This document shows positions 30,343 to 39,824 of a stretch of 64,000 nt of DNA, piece by piece (the stretch's first letter is position 1; every line of letters begins with the position of its first letter). The stretch lies in assembly GCA_963700285.1 (NCBI GenBank), contig CAVOXA010000014.1, positions 1 through 64,000 on the forward strand, read 5' to 3'. Source of the DNA: an uncultured Chloroflexia bacterium (GTDB lineage Bacteria > Chloroflexota > Anaerolineae > JAAYZQ01). Position numbers and translations under genes: made by a program. Under the pieces are notes generated by a model that worked only from the letters and a program-made list of their open reading frames with translations, was not told where the DNA came from and did not search any database.

Positions 30343-33300
30343 ATGACAACCATCTATCGTTCCCTCGGTACCCTGCGGACCTACCTCGGCTCACTGCCCT
30401 GGCCGGAGGTGTTCTTCCCCCCGGATACGTCGTCAGATCCTGCATCCGGAAGCGGCGCCAGCCTCCTCGACCAGATCTATGTCATTGACTCCCGCATGTC
30501 GCCTGCGGCCAGCGGGACAGCCTTCGACGTAACCCTTGCTGTTGAGGGCGAGCTGGGGTTGGCCATCCCCGGGCTGGATGGGGCCCGGCTGGTCTTTGGC
30601 AGCGCGGAGATGGAAGGCATGCTGCTGGTCAAGGCCCGGGTGGTCATCGGCCAGCAGCCGCGGTTGTCGCTGAGCAACCTGAGCCTCGCCCTGCGCTTCG
30701 ACACCGACCTGCTGCGGCCCGCCGACGGCAGCGGTTACCTCGAGGTCGCAGTCTATGGCTCGGTGTCCATCGACCACAACTTTGACGTGACCGTCACCAC
30801 CTACGCCCCCTCCTCGCTGCCCAGGTGCGAGATTGCGGGTACCGGCGTCATCGTCTCGGCCGAGGATGTCAAGCTGACCTTTTCCCGGACCGAGTCACCC
30901 CAGGAGATCTTGGACGCCGGGTTTGACGAGTCCTTCCTGGGCCTCTATCTGGGGCAGGCGACGCTGGAGCTGCCCGGCAGCCTGGCCGATGGCGCCGGTT
31001 CACCCGTCATCCTGCAGGCCACCGGTCTGGCGCTGGGCACCGGCGGCATAAGCGGCGCGGTTTCGGCCCAGATGGCCCTCCAGGTTGGGGGTCCGGCATC
31101 CGGCTACGCCTTGAGCGGCGACCTGGTCGGCAACCTCTTTGGCTTCGAGTTCGGGCTGGCAGAGGTGCTGGTGTCGTTCCAGCAGAACGTTCTCGTGGAA
31201 TCGCGCATCTCCGGCGTCCTACGCCTGCCCTTCATCGACATGCCCCTGGGCGTCGATGCCAGCTTTGAGGCCAGCGGCGAGATCAGCGTCACCCTCTCCT
31301 CGGCCCAGCCCCAGGTTGCCGGCGTCTCCGGCAGCGGCGGCGGCCTGGTGGAACTTTGCAAAGAGGGCCTGCTCACCCTGGCACTGGACGGCCTGACCCT
31401 GGAGACCGTCGACGGCGCGCCCCAGATCACCCTCAGCGGTTCCATCGCGCCCGAGTTCCAGCCCGTCCCCGGCCAGGACCTGGATTGGGGCGAGTATGGC
31501 ATCCAAGCCCTGACCATCGATACCCAGGGCCGCGTGACCATCCAGGGCGGCTGGCTTGACCTGCCCCAGGTCAAGTCCATCAACTTTTTCGGCTTCCAGC
31601 TCGAGATCAGCCAGATCGGATTCGGCCAGCGCGACGACGGCTATCGCTTTGTCGGGTTCTCCGGCGCCATCCACCTGCTGGAGGGCTTGCCTTTGGGCGG
31701 AAGCGTCGAGGGACTCAAGATCTTGTGGAACGACGCCGGCCACATCGACTTTGAGCTGGCCGGCATCGGCGTCGAGTTCGAGATCGAGAACACCCTCTCC
31801 TTCGCCGGCCACGTCGCATTTGTGCGCGATGGCAGCCTGACCGGTTTCCGCGGTGGGGTGCGCCTTCAGCTCATCGCGCTCAACATGTGGCTCGACGCCC
31901 AGGTGGCCGTCATCCGCGACCAGGACCTGGGCGTTACGGGCCTCTATGTCTTTGTCGACGTTGGTTTGCCGGTGGGCATCCCGATCTTTCAGACCGGCGT
32001 GGCCATCTTTGGCCTGGCCGGCCTGTTCGCCTACAACCTGCTGCCGGGCAAGAGCGACGATCAGGAATGGTACGATTGGTACGCCGACCCCAATCCCGAA
32101 AAGGGCATTACCCACTCTGGCAAGTGGAGCAAGGTCCAACCAGGCGCCTTTGCCTTTGGGGCGGGCATGGTCCTGGGCGTTCTGCCCAACGGCTATGCCT
32201 TTTCCGGTGAGATGCTGCTGGTCGTGCTGATCCCGGGTCCGGTCCTGATGATCGAGGGCAAAGCCCAGTTCCTGAGCCAGCGAGGTGATCTGGGCGAATC
32301 GGAGGCCCAGTTCCATACCTTTGCCGTGCTGGACATCCCCGGCGGTTACTACCAGTTCAACGTCGATGCCAGCTATGTTCTTCCCAAGGACGGGACAGCG
32401 CGGGGCGACGTCCTGGACATGGGCGGCGGCGCCGAGGCCTATTTCAACTTGGGCGACATGAACGCATGGCACCTTTACCTGGGCCAGAAGGCCAAGGAGA
32501 AGCGCCTGCGCGCCGACATTCTCAACCTGTTTCGGGCCGACGCCTACTTTATGATGGAGGCCCCCCAGGTCGCCATGGGCTCCTCCATCGGATTCGATGA
32601 AGACTGGCAATTTGGCCCAGTCAGGGTGGCCCTGGTGGCCCTCATCGAGGGGGAGGCCGTCGTAAGCTGGATGCCGGCCCAGTTCTGGGGCCAGCTTGCC
32701 CTGGAGGGCGGCATCGACGTCCGCGCCTGCGGTATCCGGATCAGCCTGGGGACCGGCGCAGACGTCGAGCTCAAGACCCCGGCGCCCTACTATCTGGGCG
32801 CCAGTGTCTGGGTCCGGGTCAAGCTGCCCTGGCCGGTCAAGGATTTTGAGACCAGGCTCGAGCTCGAATGGCAAAAGCAAGCCGAGCCGCCGGTGCCCGT
32901 GCCCCTTCAGGGCATTTCTGTCGAGCACCTGAAGGTCAGTGACAAGTGGGACCTGGCCGTATCACCGGTCTATGACGAGCCGGACAACCCCGGCTACTAT
33001 GCCCGGGCCAGCGCCCTGCCGCCCCAACAGGTCACCAACCCCGTAGTGCCGCCCGACGCACGCATCGTCCTCAACTTTGCCAAACCGGTGCTCGACGCCT
33101 CTCAGATCGGGGACAACTATACGACACCTGGAGCGGAGATCATTGACGGCGGGGACTACCGCTTTGAGTACAGCCTGGACGCCGTATCCCTCTTCCAGCG
33201 CTCGGGCAGTAACTGGATCCAGGTCGCCACGCCGCTATACGGCATGTGGCAGTGGAAGAACGACGGCGATCCTGAGAACTTATCGCTGATGCTCTGGACC

Positions 33301-35043
33301 CATACCCCCTACGAGTACACCCGCGAAATGATCGACCAGGCCGGCTTTATCCAGGGCCTGCTGAACGGCTCCAATTACTACCCCTGCGACTACCCGGTCG
33401 AGCCCGAGCAGATCTGTGTCGATTTTGAGGACTTTGAATACGGCCACACTTTCCCGGCGAGATTCCAACACCAGGGCTTTGTCTTCCTGGCCCAGGCGGG
33501 CAATCGAATCGCCAAGCACCAGGGTCCCGAGTGCCCAGTCACCAGGGCGCTACACATCTACCACGATGGGCCGGTCACCATCTACCCGCCCGAACCACTG
33601 CAGGCCCTGGACCTCTGCATCCAGGCCTCCTTCGAGTTCGAACTTTGGGTGACCTTTACCAAAGGCAAGCGCGCGACCTATCCCATCGTGGGTAAGGAGC
33701 AGGTGATCAAGGTCTCCCCCTCGGCCAAGGTAGGCCTCATTGAAAAGCTGGAGATCCGCGGAGGTGCCGGCTACGATATCGAGCGGATCTGCTACGTAAC
33801 CGAGGCCGCGGCCGCGGTGGGCCGGGCCTACCTCGAGCAGACCCAGCACCTGGCCCAGACCCTGGTCGAACACTGGCAGGGCGAGGCAATCCTGCTGGAG
33901 CCCCTGACCGAGTACAAGGTCGTCGCCGATACGGCCGCGGTGCGCGCCGGGCCCAACGGCTCCGCCCAGGAGTTCAGGTTCAGCCAGGAGGCGCATTTCC
34001 AGACCGGCCTGCCCGCCGGCAGCCTCGGCGCCGGCGACGCGGACCAGCAGCTGGACACCTCGGCCCCCACCCTCTATCCCGGCAGCGGCCCGTTGATCGA
34101 CCTGTCGGCCTACATCCAGCGCACCATCCCAACCGGCGGCGGGCGTTTCCACTACCGCGGCTATGACCTGGGCGTCGAGTTCAACGAGAGCTATGTGGAG
34201 CAGATGTTCCTTATGGCTGGCGCGCCCCTGGCCATAGAAATTAGTGACAACAATGACCAGCCCCTGCGCGATGAGACCGGTGCCGTCATCGAGCTCCAGA
34301 ATGCCTGGGGCGACAACCCTTCCCTAACGCCCTCGGTGTCCGAGACGTTCTACGCCCGCCACGTCTCTGCCGAGGAGTGCGCAACTATCACAACCACAAT
34401 CCTGCCGCCGCAGCGGGGATTGCAGGGCTTGGTATCCCAACCGCTGGAACCCATGACCCCCTACACCGTACACCTGCGCTCCAGCCCCTACTCGGTCTAT
34501 CGCTTCGCCTTCACCACCTCCCGCTACACCGGCTTTGCCGACCATATCAGCTCCTACCGCGACATGGTCTGGCGCCAGGCCTTTAGCGACGACAAGCTCT
34601 CCGACGTAGAATTCGAGGCGATGGCGGCCCCGGTGCTGGCCGGTGAGGCGACCTACGAGAGCCTGGCCGCCGAATTGGGGCTGGGCTACCGCAGGCCGCC
34701 GGAACAGCTAGAGATCACGGCCTTGCACGATGCCTCACGGACCTTCGCCCTGCTCCTGGAGAGCCCCGAGCCCTTCGACTGGGGCCGCATCGAGCTGGCG
34801 GTCCTCAGGATGCGCGGCAGGGGGCGCACGGAAGAGATCGTCCACCAACGGCTGCTAAACGGAGACGGCACCCGGGGGCTGCTCTTCCGCGGGTCGAGCG
34901 ACGGCACCATCCGGCCCTGGCCTCCCGCTGATTATGTCCTGGACTGGCGGTTCCGCCTGGACATCGGCCCGGACCACCCAGTCCTAAAGCGAAATGGCGA
35001 CAGCGCCGACGAAGTTGCCCAACTAAAGTTCACCCTGAAATGA
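30343..35043 (+). CDS. Very large hypothetical beta-rich protein (about 1566 aa), possibly DUF6603-like
   Basis: Uninterrupted ORF starting 2 nt after the previous stop. The N-terminal ~850 aa are Gly-rich amphipathic strands, e.g. GLYVFVDVGLPVGIPIFQTGVAIFGLAGLFAYN. The family name is from memory and unverified. Confidence 0.75.
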   Translation: MTTIYRSLGTLRTYLGSLPWPEVFFPPDTSSDPASGSGASLLDQIYVIDSRMSPAASGTAFDVTLAVEGELGLAIPGLDGARLVFGSAEMEGMLLVKARVVIGQQPRLSLSNLSLALRFDTDLLRPADGSGYLEVAVYGSVSIDHNFDVTVTTYAPSSLPRCEIAGTGVIVSAEDVKLTFSRTESPQEILDAGFDESFLGLYLGQATLELPGSLADGAGSPVILQATGLALGTGGISGAVSAQMALQVGGPASGYALSGDLVGNLFGFEFGLAEVLVSFQQNVLVESRISGVLRLPFIDMPLGVDASFEASGEISVTLSSAQPQVAGVSGSGGGLVELCKEGLLTLALDGLTLETVDGAPQITLSGSIAPEFQPVPGQDLDWGEYGIQALTIDTQGRVTIQGGWLDLPQVKSINFFGFQLEISQIGFGQRDDGYRFVGFSGAIHLLEGLPLGGSVEGLKILWNDAGHIDFELAGIGVEFEIENTLSFAGHVAFVRDGSLTGFRGGVRLQLIALNMWLDAQVAVIRDQDLGVTGLYVFVDVGLPVGIPIFQTGVAIFGLAGLFAYNLLPGKSDDQEWYDWYADPNPEKGITHSGKWSKVQPGAFAFGAGMVLGVLPNGYAFSGEMLLVVLIPGPVLMIEGKAQFLSQRGDLGESEAQFHTFAVLDIPGGYYQFNVDASYVLPKDGTARGDVLDMGGGAEAYFNLGDMNAWHLYLGQKAKEKRLRADILNLFRADAYFMMEAPQVAMGSSIGFDEDWQFGPVRVALVALIEGEAVVSWMPAQFWGQLALEGGIDVRACGIRISLGTGADVELKTPAPYYLGASVWVRVKLPWPVKDFETRLELEWQKQAEPPVPVPLQGISVEHLKVSDKWDLAVSPVYDEPDNPGYYARASALPPQQVTNPVVPPDARIVLNFAKPVLDASQIGDNYTTPGAEIIDGGDYRFEYSLDAVSLFQRSGSNWIQVATPLYGMWQWKNDGDPENLSLMLWTHTPYEYTREMIDQAGFIQGLLNGSNYYPCDYPVEPEQICVDFEDFEYGHTFPARFQHQGFVFLAQAGNRIAKHQGPECPVTRALHIYHDGPVTIYPPEPLQALDLCIQASFEFELWVTFTKGKRATYPIVGKEQVIKVSPSAKVGLIEKLEIRGGAGYDIERICYVTEAAAAVGRAYLEQTQHLAQTLVEHWQGEAILLEPLTEYKVVADTAAVRAGPNGSAQEFRFSQEAHFQTGLPAGSLGAGDADQQLDTSAPTLYPGSGPLIDLSAYIQRTIPTGGGRFHYRGYDLGVEFNESYVEQMFLMAGAPLAIEISDNNDQPLRDETGAVIELQNAWGDNPSLTPSVSETFYARHVSAEECATITTTILPPQRGLQGLVSQPLEPMTPYTVHLRSSPYSVYRFAFTTSRYTGFADHISSYRDMVWRQAFSDDKLSDVEFEAMAAPVLAGEATYESLAAELGLGYRRPPEQLEITALHDASRTFALLLESPEPFDWGRIELAVLRMRGRGRTEEIVHQRLLNGDGTRGLLFRGSSDGTIRPWPPADYVLDWRFRLDIGPDHPVLKRNGDSADEVAQLKFTLK

Positions 35044-35156
35044 ACATCCCCACTGCCAACCACCGGCCCCACCCCACAGGCAGGGCTGACGCTCCGCGAT
35101 GCCCTGCCTGTGGCTGGCGCCTCCTCGGCCAGGGCATCGAGCGCCGCGCGGGCAAT

Positions 35157-35185
35157 TTGACTTGCCCGCCCTCTTGGCTTATACT
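35157..35185 (+). promoter_or_regulatory. Sigma70-type promoter upstream of the decarboxylase
   Basis: TTGACT-N17-TATACT. Confidence 0.6.
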
Positions 35186-35237
35186 GCACCCGCCACGCAG
35201 GTGCCGGACCCTGCAGTTCTGACAAGAGGGGTTTGCA

Positions 35238-36686
35238 ATGCCCGCAGACAACAGCTACCATATGACACCGGACGAGTTCCGGGAAGCTGGCCGCGCGGCC
35301 GTAGATTGGATCGCCGACTACTATGAGCAGATCGAATCCTTTCCCGTGCTATCCCAGGTCGAGCCCGGGCAGATCCGTGCCTCGCTGCCCCCGGATCCAC
35401 CGCAGCGGGGTGAGTCTTTCGACGCCATCCTGCGCGACATGCAGGACCTGATCCTGCCCGGCGTCACCCACTGGCAGTCACCCAACTTTTTTGCCCTGTT
35501 TCCCGCAAACGCCTCCGGTCCGTCCATGCTCGGGGAGTTCTTGTCGGCGGGCCTTGGGGTCGTGGGCATGCTATGGGCCACCAGCCCGGCCTGCACCGAG
35601 CTGGAGACCCACGTCCTGGATTGGGTCGCCGACATGTTGGGGCTGCCGGCCACATTCAAATCGGACGGGCCGGGCGGCGGCGTGATCCAGGACTCGGCCT
35701 CTGCCGCCGCGCTGTGCGCCCTGCTCGCCGCCCGCGAGCGCGCCACAGACTATGCCAGCAACGAACGCGGCGGCGACAGGCGCTTGGTGGCTTACGCCTC
35801 TAGCCAGACCCACTCTTCCCTGGAAAAGGGTGTCATGATCGCCGGCATTGGTCGGCAGAACCTGCGCCAGATTGACGTAGACGAGCACTTTGCTATGCGA
35901 CCCGACGCACTCGCCCAGCAGATCGAACGCGATCAACAGGCAGGGCTTCTGCCCTTCTTTGTCTGCGCCACGGTGGGCACCACCTCCTCGAACGCCATGG
36001 ACCCCGTGCCCGAGATCGGTCGCGTCTGCCGCGACGAGGGGCTCTGGCTGCACGTGGACGCGGCCATGTCCGGAACGGCCGCCCTGTGTCCCGAATTTCG
36101 CTACCTCCAGGATGGGATCGAGCTGGCCGACAGCTATTGCTTCAACCCCCACAAGTGGATGTTCACCAACCTGGACTGCGACTGCTTCTACGTCGCCGAT
36201 CGGTCGGCGCTGATCCAGGCCCTGAGCATCTTGCCCGAGTACCTGCGCAACCAGGCCAGCGAATCAGGCGCCGTCATCGACTATCGGGACTGGCAGATCC
36301 CCCTGAGCCGGCGTTTTCGGGCTCTGAAGCTATGGTTTGTCATCCGCCACTATGGCATAGAGGGCCTGCGCTACCACGTCCGGCGCCATGTCGAGCTGGC
36401 CCAAGAATTCGCGAGCTGGGTGGACGCGCACAAGCACTTTGAACTCGTGGTTCCGGCCCCGCTCAACCTGGTCTGCTTCCGGCACGTGGCCGGCGACGCC
36501 TTCAACGAACGGCTGCTGGAGCGCATCAACAGCAGCGGGGATCTGTACATGACTCACACCAAGCTGGATGGCGTGTACACGCTGCGATTCTGCGTTGGGC
36601 AGACCCATACCGAAGCGCGCCACGTGCGGCGCGCATGGCAACGCATCCAGCAGGCGGCATCGGAACTGGAGTCTTGCCCCGCGTGA
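35238..36686 (+). CDS. PLP-dependent group II decarboxylase (aromatic L-amino acid decarboxylase-like)
   Basis: THWQSPNFFA, SPACTELE, HSSLEK, TVGTTS, HVDAA, FNPHKW, RRFRALKLW. Confidence 0.9.
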   Translation: MPADNSYHMTPDEFREAGRAAVDWIADYYEQIESFPVLSQVEPGQIRASLPPDPPQRGESFDAILRDMQDLILPGVTHWQSPNFFALFPANASGPSMLGEFLSAGLGVVGMLWATSPACTELETHVLDWVADMLGLPATFKSDGPGGGVIQDSASAAALCALLAARERATDYASNERGGDRRLVAYASSQTHSSLEKGVMIAGIGRQNLRQIDVDEHFAMRPDALAQQIERDQQAGLLPFFVCATVGTTSSNAMDPVPEIGRVCRDEGLWLHVDAAMSGTAALCPEFRYLQDGIELADSYCFNPHKWMFTNLDCDCFYVADRSALIQALSILPEYLRNQASESGAVIDYRDWQIPLSRRFRALKLWFVIRHYGIEGLRYHVRRHVELAQEFASWVDAHKHFELVVPAPLNLVCFRHVAGDAFNERLLERINSSGDLYMTHTKLDGVYTLRFCVGQTHTEARHVRRAWQRIQQAASELESCPA

Positions 36687-36805
36687 CGGCCCGGATCGAG
36701 TCTGGGAGCCCCTTTTTCGCAAGCTTGACGCCCTGAGCAGGCTGGTCTACAATGCAGGCACAACGATGTCAGACATAGAGAACCATACCACGGAGGAATA
36801 GACTT

Positions 36806-38188
36806 ATGTCCGAATCCCTCTCACTCGACGCGCCGGTGATTGCCGACGTTGACATACTTGTCTGCGGCGGTGGTCCTGCCGGGATTGGCGCCGCGCTGGC
36901 GGCGGCTCGCCAGGGCGCCAGTACCATGCTCGTCGAACAGCAAGGCTGCCTGGGCGGAGTCGCGACCAGTGGCCTGATTGGTACCTGGTTCGGCAGCTAT
37001 TCTCGCGACGGCCGCTATCCGGTCGTTGAAGGAATCTTCAAAGAGATTGTCGACGAATTGGTCGCCCAGGGCGCCGCCAAACCACCCACCAACGACCGCG
37101 ATGGCGGTTCGGCCTACAGCGGATATGCCCCCTGGCATCGGGCCACCGTTCCCTTTGAGTTCGAAGCTGCCAAGCGCCTGTTTGACCAGATGTTACTCCA
37201 AGCTGGTGTAACACTGCGCTATTTCACAAGTGCCCTATTCCCAAAAACCGAGAACAGCCGAATTCAAGGCATGTTTGTCGCCTCCAAGAACGGCATCGAG
37301 TTCATCCGGGCGAAAGCCATCGTTGACGCCACCGGCGATGCCGATGTCGCCTACCGGGCCGGCTGCCCCATGCTCATCGGCCTGGAAGAAGAAGGACACC
37401 GGGGCTGGATGACGCCTGGTTCAATGTCCTTTGTTCTGGAAGGGGTGGATGCCGGAGCCTTTGGAGACTATTGCCGCGCCGGAGACTATCGCTTCCGCGA
37501 GCTGATCGGTAGCTTGCGCGAGAAGGACGAATGGCCCTTCAGCGACAACATCTTTATCGCCTTCGAGCTGCCCAATCCCAGGCAGTATTACGTCAAGGTC
37601 AGCCCCACCACCCACGACCAAGGATTCGACGGCACCGACGCCGATACGCTCACCAGGGGCATGATCGAGGGGCGCAAGTCGGTCAAGAAGCTGCTAGATA
37701 TCCTGCGCCGGCACTTCCCGGGCTTTGCCAATGCACGGCTCACGCAGACATCGCCGGTATTTGGGGTGCGCACCACGCGGCGCATCGTGGGCGAGTACAA
37801 GGTGACGGTCAGTGATGTACTTGAGGGAAAGGATTTTGAGGACACCATCGCGCTGACCGGCTACCACTGGGACATGGCGACCCCTGGGACCGAACAGCGC
37901 ATGCTGCACAAGGTCGAGATCGCGCTGCCCTACGCCTCTGTCCCTTTCCGCTGCATCGTTCCCCAGGGCATCGACAACCTGCTGGCCCCGGGTCGCGCCG
38001 TCTCGGCCGAATGGGATGTATTGGGGCCATACCGCATCATGCCCGCGGTTTTCGCCATGGGTCAGGGGGCGGGGACCGCGGCCGCCATGGCCGTCAACAA
38101 TGGCGTAGCCATGCGCGATATTGACATCGTGGCCTTGCGCAAAAGCCTGCGCGCGCAGGGTGCGATCGTGGATGGCCCAGAGTCATAG
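36806..38188 (+). CDS. FAD-dependent oxidoreductase
   Basis: GGGPAG, LGGVATSG, VDATGDADVA, RRIVGEY, VPFRCIVP, MGQGAG. Confidence 0.85.
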   Translation: MSESLSLDAPVIADVDILVCGGGPAGIGAALAAARQGASTMLVEQQGCLGGVATSGLIGTWFGSYSRDGRYPVVEGIFKEIVDELVAQGAAKPPTNDRDGGSAYSGYAPWHRATVPFEFEAAKRLFDQMLLQAGVTLRYFTSALFPKTENSRIQGMFVASKNGIEFIRAKAIVDATGDADVAYRAGCPMLIGLEEEGHRGWMTPGSMSFVLEGVDAGAFGDYCRAGDYRFRELIGSLREKDEWPFSDNIFIAFELPNPRQYYVKVSPTTHDQGFDGTDADTLTRGMIEGRKSVKKLLDILRRHFPGFANARLTQTSPVFGVRTTRRIVGEYKVTVSDVLEGKDFEDTIALTGYHWDMATPGTEQRMLHKVEIALPYASVPFRCIVPQGIDNLLAPGRAVSAEWDVLGPYRIMPAVFAMGQGAGTAAAMAVNNGVAMRDIDIVALRKSLRAQGAIVDGPES

Positions 38189-38221
38189 CTCGCAGCCCTA
38201 TCTTCGGAGCCACCGTGCATC

Positions 38222-39100
38222 ATGGCACAGATTGAGATCATCGACACCTTTCCCCATTTTCTGTCCTTTTGGGCAGATGCCCGGCATCTTTCCTTGGAGG
38301 CGCTGGCGGAAAGCTGGGCCCAGGAGTATATGGCAGCCTGGCCTGAACTCCTGGCCAAACAGGTCAACGACTATGAGAGCCAGGGCGAGGACTGGCGGGC
38401 CGTCGCCCTGCAAAGGGTATTCCCCTTTCTGGATGAGAGGTTGCCGGCCATGAAGGCGGCCCACAGGAATTTGCTGGAGGCATGTGGGCCGCTCTACACC
38501 AGGGCGGAAGAGGTGATGGGGTTCGCGAGCGACGCTGTCTTTGTCATCCACGTGGGCATCGGCTGCGGTGCCGGATGGGTGACAACCTACCAGGACTCGC
38601 CGGCCATCCTGTACGGTCTGGAGAACATCGCCGAGTGCTGCTGGAGCGAACCGCCAGCCATCACGGGACTGATCGCCCACGAGGTCGGGCACCTGGTCCA
38701 TTTTCACTGGCGTGCGCAGCGCGGCGCGCCCCAAGGACAAGGTCCCTGGTGGCAGCTCTACGAAGAAGGCTTTGCCCAGCGTTGCGAGCACCTAATCCTG
38801 GGTCAAGACACCTGGCACATGAAGGAGGGCAGGGACGACGACTGGCTGGCCTGGTGTCAGGCTCACAGGGCCGAGTTGGCGGCCGAGTACCTGCGGTCCG
38901 TGGACCAGGGCATGCCGGTACGCCCCTTCTTTGGATCGTGGTATGACGTCAAAGGTCACCGCCAGACCGGCTACTATCTCGGGCACGAGCTGATCCGGGA
39001 GCTGGAAAAGAGTTTGGAGCTGCGGCAGATAGCGCTGCTCGACAGCCAGGATCCGACACTGCGAGACGCCTTGACAATGATGGCGGCGGGATCTGTCTGA
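38222..39100 (+). CDS. Putative zinc-dependent protease (DUF2268-like)
   Basis: AHEVGH, LYEEGFA, GYYLG. Confidence 0.6.
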   Translation: MAQIEIIDTFPHFLSFWADARHLSLEALAESWAQEYMAAWPELLAKQVNDYESQGEDWRAVALQRVFPFLDERLPAMKAAHRNLLEACGPLYTRAEEVMGFASDAVFVIHVGIGCGAGWVTTYQDSPAILYGLENIAECCWSEPPAITGLIAHEVGHLVHFHWRAQRGAPQGQGPWWQLYEEGFAQRCEHLILGQDTWHMKEGRDDDWLAWCQAHRAELAAEYLRSVDQGMPVRPFFGSWYDVKGHRQTGYYLGHELIRELEKSLELRQIALLDSQDPTLRDALTMMAAGSV

Positions 39101-39107
39101 CCGTACC

Positions 39108-39824
39108 ATGGAGTTCTATTTCGTACGCCACGGCGAGAGCGAAGCGAATCTCCTGAACGTTGTCTCCAACCGGGGCACAGTTCACGGCCTGACCGGCAAG
39201 GGGAAGCGACAGGCGGTCGCACTGGCCAGGGTGCTCCGTCACAGGGGCATCACCCGGCTCTACACCAGCCCCTTGCTGCGGGCCGTGCAAACGACAGAGA
39301 TCCTGGCCGGCGTCCTGGACCTGCCCTATGTGATCGCGGCTGCGCTTCGCGAGTATGACTGCGGCATCATCGAGGGCAGATCCGACGCCGCCGGTTGGGA
39401 TCTCTACCATGCGCTGTGGCGTGATTGGAAAGAGCAGGGCAGGTGGGAGCGCCGCATCGAGGGCGGCGAAAGCTACCTCGACATCAAGGCTCGCTTTGTG
39501 CCCTTTATCGAGCAGCTCGTCGTCCAATACCAGGGGGCGCCGGAGCGCATCGCCCTCATTGGGCACGGCGGCACCTACCGCTGCATGCTGTCCCTGGTCC
39601 TGCCGAACGTAGACTTGGACTTTGCCGCCACCCACCCTATCGAGTGTACCGGCTATGTGATCGCCGAAGCGAGGGATGAAGGATTGGTCTGCACCAAGTG
39701 GGCGGCATCGGCCGGGCCCGTTCCTAGCGCGCGCTCTTGTACTGCAGCAAATTCGCCGAGCAATACTCAGAGGCGAGAACCGTTCGTAGTAGGCGCTTCA
39801 GCGCCGTTCTGGATAGTAACTTGA
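39108..39824 (+). CDS. Histidine phosphatase family protein; C-terminus runs into the repeat array
   Basis: RHGES, SPLLRAVQT, LREYD.G, GES, GHGG. Confidence 0.85.
   Translation: MEFYFVRHGESEANLLNVVSNRGTVHGLTGKGKRQAVALARVLRHRGITRLYTSPLLRAVQTTEILAGVLDLPYVIAAALREYDCGIIEGRSDAAGWDLYHALWRDWKEQGRWERRIEGGESYLDIKARFVPFIEQLVVQYQGAPERIALIGHGGTYRCMLSLVLPNVDLDFAATHPIECTGYVIAEARDEGLVCTKWAASAGPVPSARSCTAANSPSNTQRREPFVVGASAPFWIVT

Noticed and set aside
31219-32928. Long antisense ORFs (also 2490-3848, 7107-8189, 8017-9261 and others)
   Set aside because: They are shadow frames of GC-rich genes with no recognisable motifs or ribosome sites.
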